In this document: one piece after another, positions 27,473-36,532 of the stretch
Layout of the letters: the number at the start of each line of letters is the position of its first letter
Numbering within the stretch: position 1 is the first letter of the stretch
From: Trueperaceae bacterium
GTDB lineage: Bacteria > Deinococcota > Deinococci > Deinococcales > Trueperaceae
DNA: 39,273 nt
Assembly: GCA_040905465.1 (NCBI GenBank)
Contig: JBBDRK010000046.1
Coordinates: 72,924 to 112,196, forward strand
Direction of reading: 5' to 3'
The notes under the pieces: model-generated
Told to the model about the DNA's origin: nothing
Databases searched by the model: none
The model's input: only the letters and a program-made list of their open reading frames with translations
Made by a program: the position numbers and the translations under genes

Positions 27473-28257
27473 ATCTCGGTCTGGATGGGAAACTGGCGCT
27501 GGTGACTGCCGCGAGCGGCGGGCTCGGCTACGCGACTGCTCAGGCGCTCGCCGGCGAGGGCGCCGAGGTGGCGATCTGTTCGCGCGATCTGGGGCGCGCT
27601 CAGCAGGCGGCCGAGAGGATCACCGGTGAAACCGGGTCGAAGGTACGCGCCTACGAGGCGGACGTCAGCCAGTCAGCCTCGCTGGAAAGGTTGTTCGAGG
27701 CGGCCACCGCCGACCTGGGCGGCCTCGACATCCTGGTCTGCAACGCCGGCGGCCCGCCCCCCGGCGATTTCAGCAAGCTGGGGGAGGCCGAATGGGACAA
27801 GGCCTACTCGCTGACGCTGCAGAGCGTGGTGCGAAGCGTGCGGCTGGCGCTGCCGCACATGCGTCGGCGCGGCGGCGGGGCGATACTGACCTTGGCGTCT
27901 TCGAGCGTCAAGCAACCGATTCCCAACCTTCTGTTGTCGAACGTGTTCCGGCCGGCCGTACACGGCCTCTGCAAATCGCTCTCACTGGAGCTGGCCGGTG
28001 ATGGGATCCGGGTGAACGTGCTGTCCCCGGGTCGCGTCGAGACCGAGCGGATACAGCAATTGGACCAGGACCGGGCCGACCGCGAGGGGCGCCCGATCGA
28101 AGAGGTCAAGAAGGCGTCGCTGGCGGCTATACCTGTCGGCCGCCTGGGCCGGCCCGAGGAGTTCGGCCGGGTCGCTGCCTTCCTCTGTTCCGAGGCCGCT
28201 TCGTACATGACCGGCAGCAGCGTCCTTGTCGACGGCGGCATGGTTCGAAGCCTGTGA
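27469..28257 (+). CDS. SDR-family oxidoreductase (atypical, no YxxxK)
   Basis: TAASGGLG, NAGGPP, SNVFR in place of YxxxK, IPVGRLGRPEE, VDGG; ATGA overlap. Confidence 0.9.
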   Translation: MNLGLDGKLALVTAASGGLGYATAQALAGEGAEVAICSRDLGRAQQAAERITGETGSKVRAYEADVSQSASLERLFEAATADLGGLDILVCNAGGPPPGDFSKLGEAEWDKAYSLTLQSVVRSVRLALPHMRRRGGGAILTLASSSVKQPIPNLLLSNVFRPAVHGLCKSLSLELAGDGIRVNVLSPGRVETERIQQLDQDRADREGRPIEEVKKASLAAIPVGRLGRPEEFGRVAAFLCSEAASYMTGSSVLVDGGMVRSL

Positions 28258-28350
28258 TACGGGGGAAGCCGAGCTCGACCTGCCCGAGCGGCTTCCGGCT
28301 TGGTGGCGAGCCGGTTCCTCGCTAGCACCGGCGCCTGCCATACTCGCACC

Positions 28351-28908
28351 ATGACTACGGCGACTCTCCTGTTGTTGGGCATCGGACTGGCCGCGGCGAC
28401 CGGCTTTCGGGTGTTCGTGCCGCCACTGATGCTGGCCATCGGGCACCAGATCGGACTGGTGGACCTGCCGCCCGACGCCGTCTGGCTCGCCAGCCCCACC
28501 GCCATCGTCCTGCTGTCGGCGGCCACCCTGGCCGAAGTCGGCGCCTATTACGTGCCGCTAGTCGACAATCTGCTGGACACCATCGCCACACCAGCCGCAC
28601 TCGTGGCCGGCACGCTCCTCGCCGGAGTGATGCTGCCGGAGTTGGAGCCCTGGCTGCGTTGGACCGCCGCCGCGGTAGTTGGCGGAGGCACCGCCGGCAG
28701 CGTGCAGGCCCTCACGTCGCTCACGCGGGCAGCTTCGACCGGCGCGACCGCCGGCCTGGGCAATCCTGTCGTCGCCACCGGCGAGCTGGTCGGGGCCACG
28801 CTGTTGTCACTGTTGGCCTTGCTGGCACCGGTTCTCGCCGGAGCGGCTGCCCTGGTGCTGATCGTGGTCGGAGTGCGCGCCCTCTTGCGATGGCGCCGCT
28901 CGACTTGA
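28351..28908 (+). CDS. DUF4126-like membrane protein
   Basis: GLAAATGFRVFVP, EVGAYYVPLVDNLLD, GLGNPVVATGE; ATG 6 nt after TGc-CATACT. Confidence 0.8.
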   Translation: MTTATLLLLGIGLAAATGFRVFVPPLMLAIGHQIGLVDLPPDAVWLASPTAIVLLSAATLAEVGAYYVPLVDNLLDTIATPAALVAGTLLAGVMLPELEPWLRWTAAAVVGGGTAGSVQALTSLTRAASTGATAGLGNPVVATGELVGATLLSLLALLAPVLAGAAALVLIVVGVRALLRWRRST

Positions 28909-28999
28909 TCGTGCGGGCCGTTTTGCCGCCTCTGGTGCCTCCCCCGGCCTTCCGACTGGGTAAGGAGCGCGACAGGGCGAACGCCGGACCCGTCCCCCG

Positions 29000-30100
29000 T
29001 TACGCCGGTTCCTCTTTGCCGGGAACCTCTACCGTCTGGCCCAGGACGTCATGGACATAGAGCATCTTCACGGTGACGAACAAGACCGCCATCAATGGCG
29101 TGCCGAGGATTACCCCGAGCGGTCCGAACAGAGCTCCGCCCAGAAAGACCGCGCCGATGGTCAGCCCGGGCGGAAGGTCAACAGCCCTCTGCTGTATCAG
29201 CGGGGTAAGGACATTCCCCTCGATCTGCTGGATCACGACGTAGAGGACGGCCACCCACAGCAGCGAAGAAGCGCCCTGACTGGCCGCCATTATCACGATC
29301 GGGATGAAGCCGACGATCGGTCCGATCAGCGGAACGAACTCCATCAGGCCGACGAAGAACGCCAACGCGAGCGCCAGGGGAATGCCGAGGATCACCAGCC
29401 CGATCCCGGTGAGCACACCGGTCAGGAGCATGAGCGCCAACTGCCCGACCAGCCACGCCTGGAGCGTTCGCCCCAGTTCATCCACGGTCTCTCCGGCACG
29501 CTGCTGCGCCCCGGCAGGAAACAGCCGCACCAGGCCCCGCCGGTAGAGATCCGGGTTGAGCGCTAGGAAGAGCGCCAGCACCACCACGAACGCGAAATCG
29601 GTGAGCGTTATGGTGATTCGCCGCAGGGCGCCACCTATACTCGAGGCGACCTGGGAGGCTGAGCCGGACCCCTGAGCGGCTGCGTTGCCGGCGCCGCCTT
29701 CACCGCCGGCGCCTCCGCCGTCGATACGGCCCATCAACCAACGGCCCCACTGGCGCTGCTCCAGGTAGCTCTGAGCGTTCTCCACCAATCCCGGGACCCG
29801 GTCGCTGAACTCCGCCGCCTGCTCGGCCACCCTCGGACCAACCAGAAAACCGAAACCTACCAGAACACCAACCAGGAGAACCAGCACGGTCGCGTAGGCG
29901 AGCCGGTGGGGAAACCCCAGTCGCCGCTCGAGCACACCCATCGGCGCTCTCAACACGACGGCGAACAGTATGCCGGCGAACGCCAACAGCAAGACCTTGC
30001 CACCGAACCAGACGATAGCCAGCAAAACCAGGCCCAACAGGATCAGGCCCAGCCATCCGAGCGCGCGTTTCGTATCGACCTGGCCGTTCGTCCCCGCCAC
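29000..30100 (-). CDS. AI-2E family transporter
   Basis: WLVGQ, FVPLIGP, QQIEGNVLTP, GPLGVILGTP; GGGAGG RBS before GTG 30100. Confidence 0.9.
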   Translation of the reverse strand: MAGTNGQVDTKRALGWLGLILLGLVLLAIVWFGGKVLLLAFAGILFAVVLRAPMGVLERRLGFPHRLAYATVLVLLVGVLVGFGFLVGPRVAEQAAEFSDRVPGLVENAQSYLEQRQWGRWLMGRIDGGGAGGEGGAGNAAAQGSGSASQVASSIGGALRRITITLTDFAFVVVLALFLALNPDLYRRGLVRLFPAGAQQRAGETVDELGRTLQAWLVGQLALMLLTGVLTGIGLVILGIPLALALAFFVGLMEFVPLIGPIVGFIPIVIMAASQGASSLLWVAVLYVVIQQIEGNVLTPLIQQRAVDLPPGLTIGAVFLGGALFGPLGVILGTPLMAVLFVTVKMLYVHDVLGQTVEVPGKEEPA

Positions 30101-30398
30101 GAGCCCTCCCAACGAAAGTACCCGATCGGCGAGTACTCCCTACGGATGGTAGTCGTTCTGCCCAGCTTTTCCGCTGCCACAGGCACGTTTGGACTCCACG
30201 GGCAGTGCCTGCGTCAGCGCGTGCAAACACTCGCACCAGCGAGCCCGTGACGCCTGCCGCCCGATTGCGCGAACCATGGTCAACACTGGAGGTGGCGCTG
30301 AGCCGGGGGCCCACGTTGAACATCCTGTCGCCGCAACGACCGATATTGCCGGGAGCCGCCCGGCCGCGCCATCATGTGCGCGGCCCAGCAGGGGCATC

Positions 30399-31622
30399 AT
30401 GAAACGAGTCTGCCCATTCGCCTGGCTTGCCGCTTTCCTGGTACTCGTAATCGTGGGCTGTGGCCGGCTGCCGGTATTGCCCAACTCCCTGGGCAAGGCG
30501 CCTACTGCGGTTCTGAGCATTACGCCGGCTGCAGGCGCCGTTCCGTTGGACGCCTGGGTCGATACCCGCGGAAGCAGCGATCCGGACGGCCGGATCGTCC
30601 TGCGCGAGCTGGCCATCGGCGACGAGCCGTACCAGGAGATCGATGAGGAACACCCACTCAGGTTCGATTACGAGGGTACCTACCGCGTTTCCCTGCGCGT
30701 TACCGACGACTCCGGGGAAACAGCCGTCGCCGAAACCAGCGTCATAGCCGAGCCGGTGGCTGGTACCGCTCAGCGGTTCCGAATCGACGTGCGCTATCCA
30801 TCCGGCAGGGTGGCAGCCCGGGAACGGGAGGCGGTCGAAGCGGCGGCGGCCAAGTGGAGTGAAGTGGTCGTTGGGGACTTGCGTGACACCTCGGTCAGTA
30901 CCGGGCAGGTGGAGCAGGCGTGCGGCAACGAGTACCGCTACTCGGGGCCGATCGACGACCTCCTGCTGTTCGGCGATGTCCGCGACCTGGACGGACCGGG
31001 TGGCGTGGTCGGCATGGCTGGTGCCTGCCTGCTGCGCTCCGATGGCTTCCCACTCGTCGGCGTAATCGTTCTCGACCGCGCAGACGTTGACTTCCTGGCC
31101 GCGTCGGGCGACCTGCACACGGTCGTGCAACACGAACTGGGCCACGTTCTCGACCTGAGCATGAGCGGCTGGCAACGGCGTGGCCTGCTGTCGCACGAGC
31201 GCGCCGGCTGTTACGACAGCCATTCGGTGCACTTTACCGGCGCAGCGGCCGAACGGGAATTTGCACGGCTGGGCGGAGCCGGTCGCGTGCCGGTGGAGAA
31301 CAACGGGGTGATGGGCACGGCTTGCAGCCACTGGGACGAGGAGACCTTCGGCGGCGAGCTCATGACCGGTTATCTCGACCGCGACGCCCCCCTCAGCCGC
31401 ATCACCGGCGCCGCGCTCTCCGACATGGGTTACCAGGTGAACCTGGATGCGACCGACGCGTACACCCTGTCTGGCGGAGGAGGGCTACGAACGCAAGCCG
31501 TGGGAGTAGCGATCGGCGAGCGGCTTCTCCCGGTGGGGGGCGTGCTCGACGACAACGGTGAGCTGAAACTCGTACCGCAGTCAGACCCGGTCGATCTGCA
31601 GCTGGGGCTGCCGGCCCGCTAG
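30399..31622 (+). CDS. Lipoprotein with PKD domain and metzincin zinc metallopeptidase domain (leishmanolysin/M8-like)
   Basis: Lipobox IVGC; PKD SSDPDGRIV..GTYRVSLRVTDDSG; HELGH, SHWDE, ELMTG. Confidence 0.8.
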   Translation: MKRVCPFAWLAAFLVLVIVGCGRLPVLPNSLGKAPTAVLSITPAAGAVPLDAWVDTRGSSDPDGRIVLRELAIGDEPYQEIDEEHPLRFDYEGTYRVSLRVTDDSGETAVAETSVIAEPVAGTAQRFRIDVRYPSGRVAAREREAVEAAAAKWSEVVVGDLRDTSVSTGQVEQACGNEYRYSGPIDDLLLFGDVRDLDGPGGVVGMAGACLLRSDGFPLVGVIVLDRADVDFLAASGDLHTVVQHELGHVLDLSMSGWQRRGLLSHERAGCYDSHSVHFTGAAAEREFARLGGAGRVPVENNGVMGTACSHWDEETFGGELMTGYLDRDAPLSRITGAALSDMGYQVNLDATDAYTLSGGGGLRTQAVGVAIGERLLPVGGVLDDNGELKLVPQSDPVDLQLGLPAR

Positions 31623-31766
31623 GCGACGTCGGCACACGGCATCGGAACGGTCACTGGCGGAGCGGCTACCGTTCCTTGGATTGTGGGCCAGTATTCTCGT
31701 GGCAGGGAGGCGAAGCGCCGAGTCGGCGGTGGGCAGATCGATCGGCGTTTCAGATGGGGGTACGTG

Positions 31767-32270
31767 ATGAAGCAGCGAAGAATCACGGTTCTGCTGGCGG
31801 CCTTGGCGCTGGCGTTCGCCATGGCGATCGCCCAGGACGGCAGTGGGGCGTCCGACGCCGGTGACGGTGCCGCGCCAGGGGAGCAGACGAGCCTTCGCAG
31901 CGAGAGCTACCAGCTCTTCTCGCTCGAGGGCAGCGGGACGACCGGAACCCTGAACGTTACCGAGCGGATTGAAGAGGGCACTCAACTGGTGGTGACTCTC
32001 GTCGGCATCGAGACCGGCGACCTCTACCTGCCGGTACTCCATCGAGGAGACTGTGGGCCCGACCGGGAGCGCGTCTTCGCGCTGCCGCCGGTAGGCAGCA
32101 TTCCCGACGATCCGTTCAGCAGCATCAGCAACTCGTCTGTCACCTTCGACGAGATCTCCCAAGGCGACTTCTTCCTCTACATATTCCACGGTGGCGAAGA
32201 CGGCTCGGGCGCTGAGCAGGAGAGCGATCCCATCGCCTGCGGGGAAGTCGGGGAGGGCGCCAACCGCTGA
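31767..32270 (+). CDS. Exported CHRD / Cu,Zn-SOD-like beta-sandwich protein
   Basis: Signal peptide AIAQ; LHRGDCG ... IACGEV Cys pair pattern; most SOD metal His residues absent. Confidence 0.6.
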   Translation: MKQRRITVLLAALALAFAMAIAQDGSGASDAGDGAAPGEQTSLRSESYQLFSLEGSGTTGTLNVTERIEEGTQLVVTLVGIETGDLYLPVLHRGDCGPDRERVFALPPVGSIPDDPFSSISNSSVTFDEISQGDFFLYIFHGGEDGSGAEQESDPIACGEVGEGANR

Positions 32271-32504
32271 GCTGAGCCGCATACAGTCCGACTAAATAGC
32301 TGTTTTCGCGCTACGAACGTGCATCAAAGGGCGAAAACAGCACCATGTCCGGCAGGCGAGGCACTGGCCCGGGCCTTAACCTTCACTTCACAGGTCGCCG
32401 AATCAGGCGCTCGGTGTGGCTTCTTCTACGCCCTGGGGACGGGACCGCCGGTACGCTGGTGGCAATCAAACCGGCCGGCGCCGCCCCGGTCACCGGAGTA
32501 GCCT

Positions 32505-34358
32505 TTGAGAAAATTTCGCCCCCGCCTGCCCTCGCTCCTCCTCTTGAGCCTGCTTGCCGGCTGTCTGCAGCTGTCGGGCCCATCGGGAGACGCCAATTTG
32601 AACCTGAGCAGCGTCAACATGATCGGCATAACCGAAGCAACCGTTCAGATAACGGCAGAGGGCGCCTGGACACTTGAGACAGGTCCCTCCTGGCTGAGTG
32701 CCAGTCCGTCCAGCGGCACGGGAGACGCTTCGGTGAAACTGACCGTCGATCCCAGCGGGCTCGTTCCGGGTGAGTACAGCACCAGCATCACCTTGAAGCC
32801 GCAAGACTTTCCGCAAAAGACCACTACCGTGATCTTCGCCTTCCCGAAGTTGCGGGGGAGCATCGTGATGGGTCCTGCCGGACTCGACTCACCCTCGCCG
32901 CTCTCGGCGCAGTCGATTCCGAGCGGCCCGGGTACCCTGTTCGTGGGGCTCCGGGAACCGGCTTCGCTGGCCTCGAACGGCTTCGCGGCGACCGCCGCAG
33001 GGTTTGCCACCAAGGCGAGCAGCTTTCGTTCGTTGGCGGCTGACGTGGCGGGGCGAGGAAACACGATGCGACTTCGCGCCGCGCATCCGAACTCGCGTGT
33101 CGCGGTTCTGGACGTCGACGACATGCGCGCCGCCAAGGAGATACTGGAGCGCGACCCCAACGTGCGTTACGTGGAGCGCGAGGGTCATCTCGAGCTGCTG
33201 GCCACCAACGATCCAGGACGAATCGAACAGTGGGCGCTCGACGTGATCGACGCGGACTCGGCTTGGGACATCGGCGACGGGTCCGGCGTGAGAGTAGCGG
33301 TGATCGACGCCGGCTTTCACCCCGACCATATCGACCTCTTCGACAATATCGAAGCGACCTACGACTTCATAACTGACGGCGACGTGATTACCGACAGGCA
33401 GGCCTGCGGGACCCACGGGGACCACGTCGCCGGCATCATCGCAGCCGTCACCGACAATGCGGAAGGGGTAGCCGGGACTGCGCCGGGTGCCCGCCTGTCT
33501 CTGCTGAACGTTGGCAATGAAGTCGACGGAGCCTGCCCGATCAGCACCAGCGCGGTCGTAGCTGCGCTCGAGTGGGTGATCGGCGACGAGTTCAGCGGGC
33601 CGCGCGCCGATGTGGTGAACATGAGCCTCGGCGGCGGGCACTGGGCACCGATGGAAGACGCCGTCAAGGCCGCATACGCCGCCGGAATAACAGTCGTGGC
33701 CGCCGCGGGCAACAGCGCCAGCGGTCCCGTGCTCTTTCCGGCGGCATACCCTCAGGTGATCGCCGTTTCGGCAACTGGAAAGTCGGATGAGATCGCCTCG
33801 TACAGCACCACGGGACCGCAGATATTCGTCGGCGCCCCCGGTGGCAACGATCCGAACTACATCCTCAGCACGATCTACGATTACGACGATCCCGAGCCGG
33901 AACGGTACGGATATATGGCCGGAACCAGCATGGCCAGCCCGGCCGTGGCGGCGGTGGCGGCGATAGTGAAGTCGGTGAACCCGCAGCTCTCCCCCTTGGG
34001 AATCGCCGGCCTGCTTGCCGACACCAGCAAGGACCTGCTGCCCGCGGGGCGTGACGACACCTTCGGTTACGGGCGCGTGAACGCTCTCGCCGCCGCCACC
34101 CGCGCGTCGGAAACAGTAGGCGAGACGACCGGCTATGTGATGCAAGCAGGCTCGAAGTGGGAGTACGGCGTGCCGGTGGAGCAGCAGTTCGACATCGGCT
34201 ACGTTGCAGGTGGACAGTTGACCCTGAAGGTCGGTTCCGACGACGACCTGGACGGGAACCTGGAGGAGTCCGGGGAGTTCTACGGGGAGTTGGCCACGAC
34301 CGTCACCTTCGGCGGTGAATACCACGACGTCGAGATAGCGGTCGTGCAGCAACCTTAG
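32505..34358 (+). CDS. S8 subtilisin-like serine protease lipoprotein with N-terminal BACON-like domain
   Basis: Lipobox LAGC; PSWLSASPSSGTG; catalytic VIDAG, HGDHVAG, AAAGN, GTSMASP; FGYGRVN. Confidence 0.92.
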   Translation: MRKFRPRLPSLLLLSLLAGCLQLSGPSGDANLNLSSVNMIGITEATVQITAEGAWTLETGPSWLSASPSSGTGDASVKLTVDPSGLVPGEYSTSITLKPQDFPQKTTTVIFAFPKLRGSIVMGPAGLDSPSPLSAQSIPSGPGTLFVGLREPASLASNGFAATAAGFATKASSFRSLAADVAGRGNTMRLRAAHPNSRVAVLDVDDMRAAKEILERDPNVRYVEREGHLELLATNDPGRIEQWALDVIDADSAWDIGDGSGVRVAVIDAGFHPDHIDLFDNIEATYDFITDGDVITDRQACGTHGDHVAGIIAAVTDNAEGVAGTAPGARLSLLNVGNEVDGACPISTSAVVAALEWVIGDEFSGPRADVVNMSLGGGHWAPMEDAVKAAYAAGITVVAAAGNSASGPVLFPAAYPQVIAVSATGKSDEIASYSTTGPQIFVGAPGGNDPNYILSTIYDYDDPEPERYGYMAGTSMASPAVAAVAAIVKSVNPQLSPLGIAGLLADTSKDLLPAGRDDTFGYGRVNALAAATRASETVGETTGYVMQAGSKWEYGVPVEQQFDIGYVAGGQLTLKVGSDDDLDGNLEESGEFYGELATTVTFGGEYHDVEIAVVQQP

Positions 34359-34362
34359 CGGT

Positions 34363-35496
34363 TCATTCCGCCACGATCGCTTCTATCCTCGCCTCCACCG
34401 AGCGGGCCTCGTCCGGCGTGAGGGCGCCCAGCAGCATCCGGCAGCGGAAAGAGGCGGCGCCAGGCAGCGTCTTGATGTTCCCCTTGGCCCTCTCGGCGGC
34501 GTAACCCTCCGGCTCGGCGGTCGCCGGCAGCACCAGCCCCAGTGCGTCCTGGTCGGGTGTGCGGCAGATCCAGCGGATCCCTTTTTCCAGCTCGTCCGGC
34601 CGGTGCGCCACGTAATCAGCAGCTCCGTCCGGATGCACCTGGAGTGAGTGCGCCCAGCCCTCCTTATCCGCCAGGTAGTCGATCGAGAACGCCACCTCGG
34701 GATCGAAGGCGAGTCCGGGATCCAGCCTGTGGTGCCGGTCCGGCTCGCGGGCCAGCTCCTCGAGGAACTCCCGGTAACCGGGACCCGGGCGCACGTGCGA
34801 GGGGACGGTGCGCCGCACCCGGACGCTCTCCGGAGCGACCTTGGCGGTGTAAGCGAGCCGGCCACGGTCGACCGGCCGGAAATTGATGTGCGCCAGGTAC
34901 ATCAGTTCCATCGGGCTGCTCTTGAGGTTCTCGATCTCGATCGCCACCCCCAGCACGGTGCCTCCCGAGTACAGCCTCACCATCGGCTTTGCCAGGTAGT
35001 CGCAGGCGAAAGCCACTGTGTGCCGGTAGCGACCGCCGAGCCCGAGATACCGTCCGCGCTCGTCCTCTGCCAGCACCAGGTACGCAGAAGCGTACGGTGC
35101 GTTGGGCAACTCGCCGTGCAACGGATGGTCATCTTCCGGGCCGGGCACTCCCATTGCCGTGGCTCCGCAGTGGAGCAGGAAGCCGCCGTACGTTTCGAGG
35201 TAGGCGCGGGTAGCCCGTGGCTGGTCGAACATCGAGCGCATCGTCAGTTCGCGGCCGTGGAACGAGGCCGACCAGATCTGCTGACCCTGGAACGGCAGCA
35301 TCACCACCTCGCCCAGCTCGTTCCTCAGGCGCAGGCCGGCTACCCCGCTTTCGAATCGGAATCCGGAGGCGGAAAGCTCGCCGGCTCTCAGGAGCGTGCG
35401 TTCGCTCTCGCCGAACTGCTCGGGCAGCAGCGGAACCACGGTCTGCGCCGAGGAGTCGCCTTCTCGTACAGCCCTCGCCTCAGTCATTTCGACCAC
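34363..35496 (-). CDS. Aldose 1-epimerase-superfamily protein (DUF4432-like)
   Basis: PFQGQQIW, LLHCG, HPLHGELP, YLAHINF, LPATAEPEG; last gene of the sugar ABC operon. Start may be ATG 35487. Confidence 0.75.
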   Translation of the reverse strand: MVEMTEARAVREGDSSAQTVVPLLPEQFGESERTLLRAGELSASGFRFESGVAGLRLRNELGEVVMLPFQGQQIWSASFHGRELTMRSMFDQPRATRAYLETYGGFLLHCGATAMGVPGPEDDHPLHGELPNAPYASAYLVLAEDERGRYLGLGGRYRHTVAFACDYLAKPMVRLYSGGTVLGVAIEIENLKSSPMELMYLAHINFRPVDRGRLAYTAKVAPESVRVRRTVPSHVRPGPGYREFLEELAREPDRHHRLDPGLAFDPEVAFSIDYLADKEGWAHSLQVHPDGAADYVAHRPDELEKGIRWICRTPDQDALGLVLPATAEPEGYAAERAKGNIKTLPGAASFRCRMLLGALTPDEARSVEARIEAIVAE

Positions 35497-35503
35497 CGAC
35501 CGG

Positions 35504-36532
35504 TCATCCCTTCACCGCGCCGATCAGCAGCCCGCGCGAGATGTAGCGCTCGAGCACGATCGCCATCACCACCACCGGAACGATCATGATGAGAATCAAC
35601 ACCGACATGTACCACCACTGCGGCCCGCGGGTGGCGTGTTGGGCCGCCACCAGCAGCGGCATGGTCTGGGCGTCCGCGCTGCTGAGGAACAGCGCCAGCA
35701 GGTACTCGTTCCAGGTGAATACCAGCAGCAGCAGGAACGTCGCCACCAGCCCGGAACCGGCCAGCGGCAGTGTGATCGACCAGAAGATCCGGTAGCGCGA
35801 GGCACCGTCGATGGCGGCGTGCTCCTCCAGGTCGATCGGAATGGTATCGAAATAATCGCGCATCAGCCATACCACCAGCGGCAGGTTGATGGCGGTATAG
35901 GTCATGATCAGTGCCAGCCTGGTATCGAGCAAACCGAACTGCTGGAACAGGATGAAGATCGGCAGCACCACCGCCACCGGCGGCAGCACTCGGTTCGAGA
36001 TGATCCACACCGCGATGTCGTTGTTGCCCAGCGCCGGTCCCAAATGCTTGCCCAGGGTCAGTACCACCAGCACGAAGAGCGCTCCGGCGACCGCCGCCGC
36101 GACCGGCCAAGGGACCCCGAGTGCCACGGCCAGGACTCCGAAAACCAGGATCAACACGAACGCCAGCACGCCTCCCAGCCGCGGCCGGTAGCTGAAGCGG
36201 GTCAGGCCGTAAGCGGCCAGCGTCCCGAGTGCCAGCGCCAGCAGAGAGCTCACCAGGGAAACGACCACGGTGTTCAGGTAGGGGCGCAGGACGTCGCCTC
36301 GGATGTCCTGAAAGATGTAGCGCCATGCGTGCAGCGACGGCTGGAAGTCGACGAACGGCAGGTACACCGGCCCGCGGCTCACATGTATCGGCAGTTTGAG
36401 CGAGGTTACGACCAACCAGTACAGCGGGAAGAGAACGACCAGAGCCCACAGGCACAGCACCAGGTACGAACCAACCATGCTGGCCGGCGAGGGCTGCGAG
36501 AGCGACGGGCGCCGGAAGAAGCGCCTGATCAT
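35504..36532 (-). CDS. Carbohydrate ABC permease (MalG-like)
   Basis: FPLYWLVVTSLK, LEEHAAIDGASR (EAA motif), WNEYL; ATGA overlap with the upstream permease. Confidence 0.92.
   Translation of the reverse strand: MIRRFFRRPSLSQPSPASMVGSYLVLCLWALVVLFPLYWLVVTSLKLPIHVSRGPVYLPFVDFQPSLHAWRYIFQDIRGDVLRPYLNTVVVSLVSSLLALALGTLAAYGLTRFSYRPRLGGVLAFVLILVFGVLAVALGVPWPVAAAVAGALFVLVVLTLGKHLGPALGNNDIAVWIISNRVLPPVAVVLPIFILFQQFGLLDTRLALIMTYTAINLPLVVWLMRDYFDTIPIDLEEHAAIDGASRYRIFWSITLPLAGSGLVATFLLLLVFTWNEYLLALFLSSADAQTMPLLVAAQHATRGPQWWYMSVLILIMIVPVVVMAIVLERYISRGLLIGAVKG

Noticed and set aside
31767-32270. Cu,Zn superoxide dismutase (sodC)
   Set aside because: Only two His residues; the metal-ligand set is missing.
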